DNA from: Kiritimatiellia bacterium
Lineage (GTDB): Bacteria; Verrucomicrobiota; Kiritimatiellia; RFP12; UBA1067
Assembly (NCBI GenBank): GCA_017646325.1
Contig: JAGCMU010000061.1
Coordinates: 1 to 44,113 of the forward strand
Direction: 5' to 3'
DNA: 44,113 bases
Part shown: positions 34,365 through 43,754 of the stretch, one piece after another
How positions within the stretch are numbered: the first letter of the stretch is position 1
Layout of the letters: each line of letters begins with the position of its first letter
The notes under the pieces: generated by a model
What the model was told of the DNA's origin: nothing
Databases searched by the model: none
What the model saw: the letters and a program-made list of their open reading frames with translations, nothing else
Program-made: the position numbers and the translations under genes

Positions 34365-35799
34365 ATTTCATGGACGGGAGAACGATACCGCGCAAAATCA
34401 CCTTTTGGCAGAGGAGAAATACGACTGCCGTCGGGATGGACACTAATACAAATCCAGCCATTATGCACCACGGCTGTCCTCCGAATTGGATGCTCATTTG
34501 ATACATCCATACGGCTAAAGTCCAATGAGATTCTTTTTGGCAGACAAGGAACGCCCATTCCCACGAGTTGTACGCGGCGATAAAGGAATTGAGCGCGTTT
34601 ACGGCGAGAATGGGAGTCGTCATCGGCAATGTTATTTTTCTGAAAACAAGCCATTCGCTGGCGCCGTCAATCGATGCAGCTTCATAAAGTTCGCGAGGCA
34701 TTGCATCGAAAAATCCTTTAAGAATAAATATGGACATTCCGCTTGCAAGAGTTGGAAGAATGAGTGCTGCAAAAGTGTTGAGAAGCCCCAAATCTCTTAC
34801 GAGCAAAAATCCAGGGATGGCAGTAACGGCAGCGGGGAATGCCATCGTCGCAAGTAAAAACAGAATTATTTTTTCCGTCCCCTTGATGTTGAATCGTGAT
34901 AGAGCATACGCTGCAAGAGGATTGATCGTGAGGTGCGCGAGTACTGAAAGGATTACTAATATCAAGGTGTTGAGAAAAGCTCTTCCCCTCATAAAGAGGT
35001 ATTCGCCGACCATTTTGTAGTTTGCGGAAGCGCTGTCAAAAAAATCACTCCAGCCGTTATCGTGGAATTGCATTATTAGAGCTTCGCGAATACCCGAATC
35101 CTTTTCCAACGGATATGGCATAGTTCTGCAAACCCAATTGCCGCCAGGCTTTAGAGACGAGCGGTAGTGTTCTTTGAATTTCAGCCACATGTCGTACTTG
35201 GGATTGCCGATATCGGGCTTCCATGATTTGTGCCAGAGAGCTTCTTTTGATTCAACGGAAAAACTTACGTCGAAGAGACTTCGATACTTTACCGGCCACG
35301 TTTTATTTACCTCGTCAAGAGTTGTTTGAGAGGCGATGAATTTTGCAACGTCGCGACTGTCGTATGCGCAAGTGGTGCGCGTTATATCGTGAGACTTTGC
35401 AAGCGTGCGAAATTTTTCAGCCTTTTCTTTTACTTGAGCGAATGTCGTTTCGTTTGTGAGGGGATTAAGAAGAGAGTCTGCAAATTTGTTTATTCCTTCG
35501 ACGTCTTTGGCGACGGTAATCCAACTTCCCCATGTGTCGGGAGCTTCAGGGAAAATGTCACGAGGGAAGCGGGTAAAATTGTATGAGATCGACCGCATAA
35601 AACGGTCGTTTCTATCGAAGAGCGCTTTGACAACAGGCGAGTGGCGATTGTAGTCGTAGGAAGAGGAAACACTGGATACTAGCATCACGAGGAATGGATA
35701 TACCATGGTGATTCCGCCGATGATGAGTAAAAGATAAACCAGTGAGAGAAAAATTTTCCCCCACACCGTTTTTCGTTCTGGTTCTAACAGGATGCTCAT
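34363..35799 (-). CDS. Carbohydrate ABC transporter permease (MalG-type) with a large periplasmic insertion
   Basis: EAA loop ELYEAASIDGAS; AAYALSRF; ~230-aa soluble insert after TM1. Confidence 0.9.
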   Translation of the reverse strand: MSILLEPERKTVWGKIFLSLVYLLLIIGGITMVYPFLVMLVSSVSSSYDYNRHSPVVKALFDRNDRFMRSISYNFTRFPRDIFPEAPDTWGSWITVAKDVEGINKFADSLLNPLTNETTFAQVKEKAEKFRTLAKSHDITRTTCAYDSRDVAKFIASQTTLDEVNKTWPVKYRSLFDVSFSVESKEALWHKSWKPDIGNPKYDMWLKFKEHYRSSLKPGGNWVCRTMPYPLEKDSGIREALIMQFHDNGWSDFFDSASANYKMVGEYLFMRGRAFLNTLILVILSVLAHLTINPLAAYALSRFNIKGTEKIILFLLATMAFPAAVTAIPGFLLVRDLGLLNTFAALILPTLASGMSIFILKGFFDAMPRELYEAASIDGASEWLVFRKITLPMTTPILAVNALNSFIAAYNSWEWAFLVCQKESHWTLAVWMYQMSIQFGGQPWCIMAGFVLVSIPTAVVFLLCQKVILRGIVLPSMK

Positions 35800-35836
35800 A
35801 TATGCCTTTAATTATACCAAAATTAAGCCAATAGAG

Positions 35837-35865
35837 TTGCTTTTTTTGCCTTTTTACGATATAAT
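35837..35865 (+). promoter_or_regulatory. Sigma70-type promoter of the Sel1-ilvB operon
   Basis: TTGCTT-17bp-TATAAT. Confidence 0.55.
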
Positions 35866-35911
35866 TTTATGAAAAACAATTTTAAAAAAAGTTTTAAAAA
35901 GAGGAATTTTA

Positions 35912-37027
35912 TTGAAAAAAGCAATAACAATATTTGCTGTTTTGGTTGCCATTGTGTCTTTTGGCGATTCTACTTCAGTCAATGCGATTGAGCGTTTGCT
36001 GAATTCCCGCGTTTCCGGCTCGAGGAATTCTTATCTCAACGCCGCTGATGAGGTGATGTCTCAAGCGAAAAAAGGCAAAAAACTTTACGGCTATGTAGCT
36101 GCTATTTTGTCGACAGAGCCAGATGCGCCGCCGAATTTGAGGATGGATGACGAAACGCGCAACAACTACATTAACGCGTGCGAAGGTCTTTTGAAGACGC
36201 AGGCTACTTTGAAAAACAATCCTATGGCATGGTACTTGTTATCCTTGCGCACGGGCGATACGAATACTTTGAAGAAAGCCGTTGATGCGGGTAATGTCCA
36301 GGCTTTGAATGCGTGGGGCACTCTCCTCGTAAACAAAAGAAGCGCATTGGCAAGTTCGACCAATGAAGTAAATACACTTCTTTTAGAGGCGTTCAATTGT
36401 TTTAATTCTGCGGCAAACAAGAAAGACGTTAATGGAATTTACAATACGGGCACTTGTTATTGGATGGGGATAGGCGTGCCAAAGGACGAGCATCGGGCAT
36501 TTGAGTATTTCAAGGCTGCCGCAAAAGAGGGACATCCAGAAGCAATCAACAATATCGGTGCGTTTTTTAGAGAAGGTATAGTTGTCGACAAGGATCTTGA
36601 AACATCCGTAAAATGGTTTGCTAAGTCTGCAAGTTATGGCAATCCTTATGGGCAATTTAATTATGCTCTTGCCTTGAGAAAGGGCGAGGGGATTTCAAAG
36701 GATTTACATGAAGCAGCAAGGCTTATGCAAATTGCTGCCGCGTCAGGGTGCGTTGAGGCTATTGACGCATACGGATGTATGCTTTGGAAGGGTGAGGGCG
36801 TTTTAGAAGATACTAAAAAAGCGTTTTCTCTTTTCTTGCAGGCGGCAAAGGCTGATTATCCTCCTGCAATGGAAAATCTTTCAACTTGCTACCAGCAAGG
36901 AAAGGGCGTTGAAGCAAATCAACAGAAATCTATTGAATGGAAGATTCGTTCACGCGCCGCCCGTGGCGATAGAAATGCGCAATTGTGGTTGATACAAAAT
37001 AACAAATTGAAAATAGAAGAACACTAA
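35912..37027 (+). CDS. Secreted Sel1-repeat protein
   Basis: Signal peptide; repeated GxGVxKD...A.xWF/YFxKAAxxG units. Confidence 0.9.
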   Translation: MKKAITIFAVLVAIVSFGDSTSVNAIERLLNSRVSGSRNSYLNAADEVMSQAKKGKKLYGYVAAILSTEPDAPPNLRMDDETRNNYINACEGLLKTQATLKNNPMAWYLLSLRTGDTNTLKKAVDAGNVQALNAWGTLLVNKRSALASSTNEVNTLLLEAFNCFNSAANKKDVNGIYNTGTCYWMGIGVPKDEHRAFEYFKAAAKEGHPEAINNIGAFFREGIVVDKDLETSVKWFAKSASYGNPYGQFNYALALRKGEGISKDLHEAARLMQIAAASGCVEAIDAYGCMLWKGEGVLEDTKKAFSLFLQAAKADYPPAMENLSTCYQQGKGVEANQQKSIEWKIRSRAARGDRNAQLWLIQNNKLKIEEH

Positions 37028-37044
37028 GAAAGAAAAATCGTAAT

Positions 37045-38778
37045 ATGAAAAAAGAAAACAAAAAGACAGGTGCTCAAGTATTGGTTGACTCATTGGCCAA
37101 AGCCGGAACGAAAGTATTGTTCGGCTATCCAGGCGGAACTGTCCTTGATATTTTCAATTGTCTTCCTGAAGCTCCGTTTCAATTTGTATTAGGCCGCCAC
37201 GAGCAGGGGTGTGCTCACATGGCAGACGGATATGCCCGCGCGACAGGACGCGTGGGTGTGTGTCTTGTGACTTCAGGCCCTGGCGCGACAAACACGGTGA
37301 CGGGGCTTGCCACCGCCAATATGGACGGTATTCCGCTCGTGTGTATCACGGGGCAGGTTCCTCTTGATTACATCGGTACGGACGCCTTCCAAGAAGCCGA
37401 CGTGTGCGGTATTTGCCGCGCGGTGACAAAGCATACTTTCCTCGTGAAGAGTGCAGATGAAATTCCAGAAACCGTTGCGGAAGCTTTTTATATCGCCTCT
37501 CACGGAAAGCCAGGCCCCGTTGTTATTGATGTTCCAAAGAATGTTCAGCGCGAATTGACATCCGCTCAATATCCCGAGCGCGTTTCACTCCGCGCATACC
37601 ATCCAGAATCAATGGCAACAGCCACGCAAATGGCAAAGCTTGCAAAGCTCATCAATGAAGCAAAGCGTCCAGTCATTTATGCCGGCGGCGGCGTGATTGC
37701 CTCTGGCGCCGCTAAGGATGTAGCGCAGCTTGCAGAAAAGGCTCAAATTCCTGTCGCTACTACGATGATGGGGCTTGGCGCGTTTGATGAAAATAATCCG
37801 CTTTCTCTTCGCATGGCCGGAATGCACGGCAATGCCGCGGCAAACTATGCAATCAACAAGACTGATTTGCTTATCGCTTTAGGCGTCCGTTTCAACGATC
37901 GTATCACGGGGCAGCTTTCGAAATATGCACGTAATGCGAAAATCATTCACGTTGATTGCGATCCTGCTTCGATTTCAAAGAATGTCCATACTCATTTAGG
38001 AATCGTTGCAGACGTAAAAGATGTTCTTACGACGGTCAACTCCCGCATAAAGACGGCGGAACATAAAGAATGGCTTGCGGAAATCGGAGAGTGGAAGAAA
38101 AAATATCCCGTGAGCTATCGTAAGATGCACGAAAACGTGATTATGCCTCAACAGGTTATTGAAGCGATTGATAAGCATTCAAAGGGAGAGGCTGTTATCG
38201 TTACTGACGTCGGGCAAAATCAAATGTGGTCTGCCCAATTCTTCCGTCACAACCTTCCACGCCACTTCATTTCTTCTGGCGGTATGGGTACGATGGGCTT
38301 TGGTATTCCTGCTGCAATCGGTGCGGCGTTTGGAAACGATTCGTCGAAAATCGTTTGCGTTTGCGGCGATGGCGGCGCGCAAATGACGTTTGAAGAAGTC
38401 GTTGTCGCCGTTGAGCACAAGCTTCCGATCGTATTTGTCGTCATCAATAACGGCTGTCTTGGAATGGTTCGTCAATGGCAGGAGCTTTTCTATTCAAAGC
38501 GTTATTCAGGTTCGATCCTCACGGTGAAGGATCGTCTTGCAAACGAACGTCTTGAACAGGATTTGAATTATGACTATCTGCCTGATATCGTCAAGCTTGC
38601 ACAAGCTCACGGCGCGAATGCAATGCGAGTCATTGATCCTGCAAAGCTCGATTCTACGATTGCAAAGGCGATCGCGTCTAATAAGACGACGCTCATTGAG
38701 GTTATCGTTGAGCCGCGTGCAAATGTGTATCCGATGCAGCCAGGTGGTCAACCTGTTGAAAGTATGATTTTTGAATGA
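37045..38778 (+). CDS. ilvB: Acetolactate synthase large subunit
   Basis: FGYPGG, RHEQG, TSGPGATN and GDGG...NNGCLGMVRQWQ TPP motif. Confidence 0.96.
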   Translation: MKKENKKTGAQVLVDSLAKAGTKVLFGYPGGTVLDIFNCLPEAPFQFVLGRHEQGCAHMADGYARATGRVGVCLVTSGPGATNTVTGLATANMDGIPLVCITGQVPLDYIGTDAFQEADVCGICRAVTKHTFLVKSADEIPETVAEAFYIASHGKPGPVVIDVPKNVQRELTSAQYPERVSLRAYHPESMATATQMAKLAKLINEAKRPVIYAGGGVIASGAAKDVAQLAEKAQIPVATTMMGLGAFDENNPLSLRMAGMHGNAAANYAINKTDLLIALGVRFNDRITGQLSKYARNAKIIHVDCDPASISKNVHTHLGIVADVKDVLTTVNSRIKTAEHKEWLAEIGEWKKKYPVSYRKMHENVIMPQQVIEAIDKHSKGEAVIVTDVGQNQMWSAQFFRHNLPRHFISSGGMGTMGFGIPAAIGAAFGNDSSKIVCVCGDGGAQMTFEEVVVAVEHKLPIVFVVINNGCLGMVRQWQELFYSKRYSGSILTVKDRLANERLEQDLNYDYLPDIVKLAQAHGANAMRVIDPAKLDSTIAKAIASNKTTLIEVIVEPRANVYPMQPGGQPVESMIFE

Positions 38779-38786
38779 GGTGTAAA

Positions 38787-39038
38787 ATGAAGAAAGATGA
38801 ACTTCATAGATTGAATTGTTTCGTGGAAAATAAGCCTGGTGTTTTGGCGAGAATTGTCGGGCTTATTTCCGGACGCGGTTATAACATTCAAACGCTCAGC
38901 GTCGGTCCTACTGAGGATGGTACGGTTTCTCGCATGAAGATTGATGTTTTGGGAAATGACAGTGTCATTAACCAGATTATTCTTCAGCTCCGCAATCAGG
39001 TAAATGTGATTGAAGTAACATCAAGAAGAAAGAGCTAA
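38787..39038 (+). CDS. ilvN: Acetolactate synthase small subunit (short, ACT domain only)
   Basis: VENKPGVLARIVGLISGRGYNI; GAGGTG RBS before ATG at 38787. Confidence 0.9.
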   Translation: MKKDELHRLNCFVENKPGVLARIVGLISGRGYNIQTLSVGPTEDGTVSRMKIDVLGNDSVINQIILQLRNQVNVIEVTSRRKS

Positions 39039-39041
39039 AAA

Positions 39042-39467
39042 GTGAAGCTTGGGTTTTATTGCGTTTTATCCGCATTAATTCTCTTTCCTTTCATCTCAGG
39101 GTGTACGCATCAAAAGATTGTTTTTGACGCGAAGCATCCTGAGATTGAAGTTACTAATCTCGGGATTACCTTCCGAGGAAAATTTGTCGAGGCTCAAGAC
39201 GTTCCTGATATTTTAGAGGATTATGATGTTACGAAAACGGACACGATAAATATTTTTGTTGATGACAATGTCAAGGATTTGCGTCTTGCTTATAGATTGA
39301 TGGGCTCGTTAGTCCAAAAAGGATATCGCCGGCCAATCATTGTCGGTAAGGAAAAAGCATATTCGCAGGTCGTTGAAAAAAAGAAAAATCAGCAAAATAT
39401 CGATGTGAGAAAAACGACCCCCGCGTCGACAGAAAAGAAACAGCGTCGAACAATCCGATACAAATAA
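39042..39467 (+). CDS. Hypothetical lipoprotein, possibly ExbD/TolR periplasmic-domain-like
   Basis: Lipobox ISGC; tight spacing between ilvN and aroE. Confidence 0.65.
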   Translation: MKLGFYCVLSALILFPFISGCTHQKIVFDAKHPEIEVTNLGITFRGKFVEAQDVPDILEDYDVTKTDTINIFVDDNVKDLRLAYRLMGSLVQKGYRRPIIVGKEKAYSQVVEKKKNQQNIDVRKTTPASTEKKQRRTIRYK

Positions 39468-39470
39468 GCT

Positions 39471-40250
39471 ATGCAAAAGTTTGCAGTATTAGGTCATCCG
39501 ATATCACATTCTCTTTCCCCAAGAATGCATCTGGCGTCTTTTGCGTCTTTGGGTTTTGACGGATCTTATGATGCCTTTGATGTTGCTCCAGAATTGCTCG
39601 GGGAAAAATTTAAAGAATTGATTCAGCAGGGCTATCGTGGTTTAAATATTACAATCCCGCATAAAAAGGCGATAATGCCTTTTCTTAGCCGACTTGATGA
39701 AAGTGCCGAAAAATACGGTGCGGTAAACACTGTTGTGATCGAAGGCGATGGAACAACAATTGGATACAATACAGATGTGTATGGATTTCTTACCGATTTA
39801 AAATGTAAGGATGTTACGGTTAAAGGCGCAAAGATTTTGATGCTCGGTTACGGCGGCGCGGGTGCTGCGCTTGCCTGCGGCTTGAAGAATGCCGGCTGTG
39901 GAGAACTGAAAATCGCGAACCGCACAGTGAGAGAAGAGGGGATGTTGCCTCTTTCTTCAAACGAATGCATCGCGTATTCAAGAGAGGTTGATTTAATCGT
40001 CAATGTTACGCCTGTGGGGCTTAAGGAAGGGGATGAGCCCGTTTTGCCGATAGAGGCATTTCGTCAAGGGCAGGTATTTTACGATTGCGCTCCTACATCT
40101 CACGAAACCTCCAGTATTAAATGCGCAAAAATAGCAGGTGCAAGAGCATTTGACGGCAAAGGCTTTTTGATACATCAAGGCGCAAAGGCCTTTGAGTTAT
40201 GGACAGGCCTTTGCGCCGATACGGCGGCGATGTATGCCGCAATTAAGTAA
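39471..40250 (+). CDS. aroE: Shikimate dehydrogenase
   Basis: HSLSPRMH, GLNITIPHK, GAVNT, GYNTD and NRT motifs. Confidence 0.95.
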   Translation: MQKFAVLGHPISHSLSPRMHLASFASLGFDGSYDAFDVAPELLGEKFKELIQQGYRGLNITIPHKKAIMPFLSRLDESAEKYGAVNTVVIEGDGTTIGYNTDVYGFLTDLKCKDVTVKGAKILMLGYGGAGAALACGLKNAGCGELKIANRTVREEGMLPLSSNECIAYSREVDLIVNVTPVGLKEGDEPVLPIEAFRQGQVFYDCAPTSHETSSIKCAKIAGARAFDGKGFLIHQGAKAFELWTGLCADTAAMYAAIK

Positions 40251-40262
40251 CGAAGAGGACGC

Positions 40263-41105
40263 TTACTTTTTGATGCCCTTCATGAGCTTTTCCGCATAGT
40301 CGGTAGTGATGCGGTCAGCGCCTTTTTCTTTGAAGAGATACCACAATTTTACTTCGTTTGTCATATACAAGCAGACGGTAAGTCCCATGCTATGAGCCTT
40401 ATCAACCATTTCCTTCGTTGATTTTACGCCGTTTGCGGCAACACCTGCGCAATTCAGTTTCTTGGCGGCGAGAAGATGATCGTCAGAAAGAGCCCCTCCC
40501 GTGATAAGCCCAAGCGGAGCATTCTTATCTACCTTACGCATCATGGCGAGCGTGCCTTCGTTAAAGCATGTAAAAGTATATGTCCCTGGCATCAAGGTTT
40601 CCTTTGCCAGATTGTTCAAGTCTCTGCAATACTTTTCCAAAACCTCAGGTGTATGGAATTCATTTGGGTATGATTTCATTTCGATTTCAACGAAGATATC
40701 GTCTCTTGAGCGAAGTAGATCAAGACATTGCTTTGCGGTTGGAACGAGATCGCCTGACTTTTTCAGCTGCAATTTGCAGATTTCTTCACAGGTCATATCT
40801 TCAACCTTTCCCGTGCCTTTTGTTGTGCGGTCGACGGTAGTGTCATGCATGACGACAAGCTTGTGGTCTTTCGTGTAGCGGATATCGAGCTCAAATCCGC
40901 GAATACCACGCTCCAAGCACCAGGGGATACCGGCGGCGGAGTTGTCATCGTATTCAGATTTGCCAAGGCGATGGGCTTGAATCAATGGGCCGTCTGCCGT
41001 TTTGATAGCTCCATTTTTAGGAAAAGGACCGTATTCCTCATTTTTGCATGTACATCCAATCATTGAAAACATCGCAAGAGCGGAAACAATAAGTATTTTC
41101 TTCAT
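40263..41105 (-). CDS. Glycerophosphodiester phosphodiesterase family lipoprotein
   Basis: Lipobox-like MIGC; AHR, ELDIRYTKD..LVVMHD..VDRTT, IEMK and ITTD motifs. Confidence 0.9.
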   Translation of the reverse strand: MKKILIVSALAMFSMIGCTCKNEEYGPFPKNGAIKTADGPLIQAHRLGKSEYDDNSAAGIPWCLERGIRGFELDIRYTKDHKLVVMHDTTVDRTTKGTGKVEDMTCEEICKLQLKKSGDLVPTAKQCLDLLRSRDDIFVEIEMKSYPNEFHTPEVLEKYCRDLNNLAKETLMPGTYTFTCFNEGTLAMMRKVDKNAPLGLITGGALSDDHLLAAKKLNCAGVAANGVKSTKEMVDKAHSMGLTVCLYMTNEVKLWYLFKEKGADRITTDYAEKLMKGIKK

Positions 41106-41195
41106 TTATTCTACCTTTCTTTTAAGCAATTTTCTAGATTATCTCATTTTTCGTCCTTAAAAGCAAGAAACTTATTTTTATATTTTCACCATAGG

Positions 41196-41225
41196 GCGCA
41201 TCTGCGGTGAATTACGCAGATGCGC
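41196..41225. repeat. Perfect GC-rich inverted repeat between divergent genes
   Basis: GCGCATCTGCG-gtgaatta-CGCAGATGCGC. Confidence 0.7.
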
Positions 41226-41253
41226 GACGCAGAAAAAGGGTTAAATCTTATTG

Positions 41254-41282
41254 TTGCGTTAAAGAACATAAAATGATATAAT
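41254..41282 (+). promoter_or_regulatory. Sigma70-type promoter of the rpmH operon
   Basis: TTGCGT-17bp-TATAAT with TG extension. Confidence 0.65.
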
Positions 41283-41317
41283 ATTTGCTCAAATTTTATA
41301 AGGAAGGAATAACAAAA

Positions 41318-41455
41318 ATGAAAATGACATGGCAACCATCTAAGATCAAGCGTGCACGCAAGATCGGTTTTCGCGCTCGTATGGCAACTAAGGGCGGTCG
41401 CAAGGTTCTCGCAAGCCGCCGCGCAAAGGGCCGCAAGCGTCTTACTCAGGTCTGA
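41318..41455 (+). CDS. rpmH: 50S ribosomal protein L34 (missing from the ORF track)
   Basis: Translates to [45 protein letters not shown]. Confidence 0.97.
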   Translation: MKMTWQPSKIKRARKIGFRARMATKGGRKVLASRRAKGRKRLTQV

Positions 41456-41472
41456 TAAATAACGGTGGAAAT

Positions 41473-41808
41473 ATGACCACGAGACTTCCCGGATCAAAGT
41501 ACAAGATTGTCTTTGACCGGGGGTTTTCGTGTCGTGGACGTTTGTTCTCGTTGTGGGTTCTCCGTTCAACACACGCCAGCAGGCAGGCTGGTGTTGTTAT
41601 TTCTAAGAAGAGTTTTCACGACGCTGTCGACCGCAATCGGGCAAAGCGCATAATGAGAGAAGGCTTTCGTTTATGCGCGAATGAATTTGCCGAAGATGTT
41701 TCGGTGATTATGGTGGGCAGGGCGTCGCTCGCAAATAAGAAAGTGCAAGACGTCCAGTCGGAGTTGCGTTATTTGGCCCGCAAATATGGTTTTCAGAAAA
41801 GCGAATAA
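41473..41808 (+). CDS. rnpA: Ribonuclease P protein component
   Basis: GVVISKK..AVDRNRAKR RNR motif; canonical synteny. Confidence 0.93.
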   Translation: MTTRLPGSKYKIVFDRGFSCRGRLFSLWVLRSTHASRQAGVVISKKSFHDAVDRNRAKRIMREGFRLCANEFAEDVSVIMVGRASLANKKVQDVQSELRYLARKYGFQKSE

Positions 41809-41817
41809 TTTTTTTAT

Positions 41818-42057
41818 ATGAAGACCTTTTTAATTTTGTGTGTGCGGGCTTATCAGGTAACATTATCGCCTCTGTTTCGAGGATGCTGCAGATTTGAACC
41901 GAGTTGCAGCAATTATGCGATAGAGGCCTTGCAGGTTCACGGTGTATTTAAAGGTTTATGGTTAACAATACGTAGGCTTTTGAGGTGTCGACCATTTGGA
42001 GGTCATGGATATGACCCCGTACCGCCCAAGGGCTGTTGTTTGAAAAGGAAAAAGTAA
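41818..42057 (+). CDS. yidD: Membrane protein insertion efficiency factor
   Basis: CRFEPSCSNYAIEAL and RCRPF..GYDPVP motifs. Confidence 0.95.
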   Translation: MKTFLILCVRAYQVTLSPLFRGCCRFEPSCSNYAIEALQVHGVFKGLWLTIRRLLRCRPFGGHGYDPVPPKGCCLKRKK

Positions 42058-42059
42058 AA

Positions 42060-43742
42060 ATGAATAAGCAAGAAAAGTTCATATCGCTTCTTTTTGGTTT
42101 GGCGATTATTGGATACTTCTTTTTTAATGCAAATTCCAAAAAGGCAGATGTACTTGAAGATGTGCCAGTAGCACAAACGCAAACGGCTGTCGAACAAGCT
42201 CCCGTACAAGCCGCACAAGTGCAAGTAGCTCCATCATCTACGGTCGTAGAGAAAAAGGTTTCGCATGTAAAGCCTGAAAAGATTGTCGTTTTAAAGAATA
42301 ATCTCGTGGAGGTGGAGTTCTCTTCATGGGGTGCAGTCGCGAAGAAAGCGACTCTTTTGAAGTATGCGACTTCACCTGGTAAAATTTCCGAGTCTAATCC
42401 TCCCGTATGCTTAGATTTTAAAGACGCTCCTGCCTTTGCACTTGACGGTATCGACAATTTAGCTTCTGACGCTGATTATGATGTCGTAAATCAAACGTCA
42501 AACTCTGTCACTTTTGCAAATGCTTTTATTTCCCGTACGTTTACACTCAAAGATAATTATGGAATCGCTCTTGAAGAAAAGCTTGCCGGCGAAGGAGTGA
42601 ATCGTGCGAACACCATTTCAATCGGATCTCTTTCTATGGGGACGTCAAAGAACGACATCCTTTCTGTTGACTCATGGGTAAATAAAATTGGAGCGGATGG
42701 AGATACGGTCGAACACCATAGCGAAACAGAGCCGCTTAAAGGATTGCTCGTTTCTGGCGCCGGCGGATGTGGCGGCTCTCCAAGCGGAGAAAATAAAGAC
42801 AGAATCGAACGCACTATCCTGGGTTCGCGTAAGTGGGTTGCTTTAAAGAGCCGCTTCTTTGTAACGGCCCTTGCAAAATCCTCTGATGTAAACAACGGTT
42901 TTTCTGTCGTCATAAACAACGACACAACTAAGCAAACATATTCTCCTAAATCAATTTCAGCTGCGATTTCTTTTGATAAACTTGAAAAGTCTCGATCAAT
43001 GGAATTTTTCGTAGGTCCAAAGAAGCAGTCTCTCCTTTGGGATTTAGGAATGAAAGACGTGATGGAATTTGGAATGTGGCGTTGGGTTTGTTATCCTATC
43101 GTCTGGTTCCTCAATGCATGCAATGACTTTATTATCTCAGGCTTTGGCATCGCCATTTTGATTTTGACTTTGATTCTACGCGTTATTTTCTGGCCTCTTA
43201 CCCACAAGTCTACCGTTGGTATGCGTAAGATGCAGGAGATTCAGCCAAAGATCAAAGAAGTGCGTGAAAAGTTTAAAGACAATCCTCAACGCATGAATAT
43301 GGAAATGATGGCTCTTTATCGCGAACATAAGGTAAATCCAATGTCGAGCTGTCTTCCTATGCTCGTTCAAATTCCTATCTTCATCGCGCTTTTTACGGTA
43401 CTTCGTTCCGCGGTAGAATTGCGTTATGCTCCATTCCTTTGGATTGCAGACCTTTCAGAACCTGAATGTCTCTTCCCTGAATTGTTCTCTGCAATTGGCG
43501 GGCTTAACATCCTTCCTATTCTTATGGCATTGACGATGGGGGTTCAAAGCGCATTAACCCCCAGCACGGGTGACAAGAATCAACAGCGTATGATGATGGT
43601 CATCATGCCTATCATGATGCTCGTGATGTTCTATTCCTTCCCGTCGGCGCTCTCGCTTTACTGGACGGTTTCTCAAGTCCTTTCCATTGCTCAAATGTGG
43701 TGGATTAGAAAAAACTACAACCCTGAAAATGCTCAAGCATAA
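42060..43742 (+). CDS. yidC: Membrane protein insertase YidC
   Basis: N-terminal TM, periplasmic domain, MQEIQPKI, CLPMLVQIPIF, FLWIADLS and SLYW motifs. Confidence 0.96.
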   Translation: MNKQEKFISLLFGLAIIGYFFFNANSKKADVLEDVPVAQTQTAVEQAPVQAAQVQVAPSSTVVEKKVSHVKPEKIVVLKNNLVEVEFSSWGAVAKKATLLKYATSPGKISESNPPVCLDFKDAPAFALDGIDNLASDADYDVVNQTSNSVTFANAFISRTFTLKDNYGIALEEKLAGEGVNRANTISIGSLSMGTSKNDILSVDSWVNKIGADGDTVEHHSETEPLKGLLVSGAGGCGGSPSGENKDRIERTILGSRKWVALKSRFFVTALAKSSDVNNGFSVVINNDTTKQTYSPKSISAAISFDKLEKSRSMEFFVGPKKQSLLWDLGMKDVMEFGMWRWVCYPIVWFLNACNDFIISGFGIAILILTLILRVIFWPLTHKSTVGMRKMQEIQPKIKEVREKFKDNPQRMNMEMMALYREHKVNPMSSCLPMLVQIPIFIALFTVLRSAVELRYAPFLWIADLSEPECLFPELFSAIGGLNILPILMALTMGVQSALTPSTGDKNQQRMMMVIMPIMMLVMFYSFPSALSLYWTVSQVLSIAQMWWIRKNYNPENAQA

Positions 43743-43754
43743 GGAGAATCAAGA

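Noticed and set aside
38787-39038. Short ilvN as a possible pseudogene
   Set aside because: ACT-only small subunits such as E. coli IlvN/IlvM are established, and the ORF ends cleanly before the next gene
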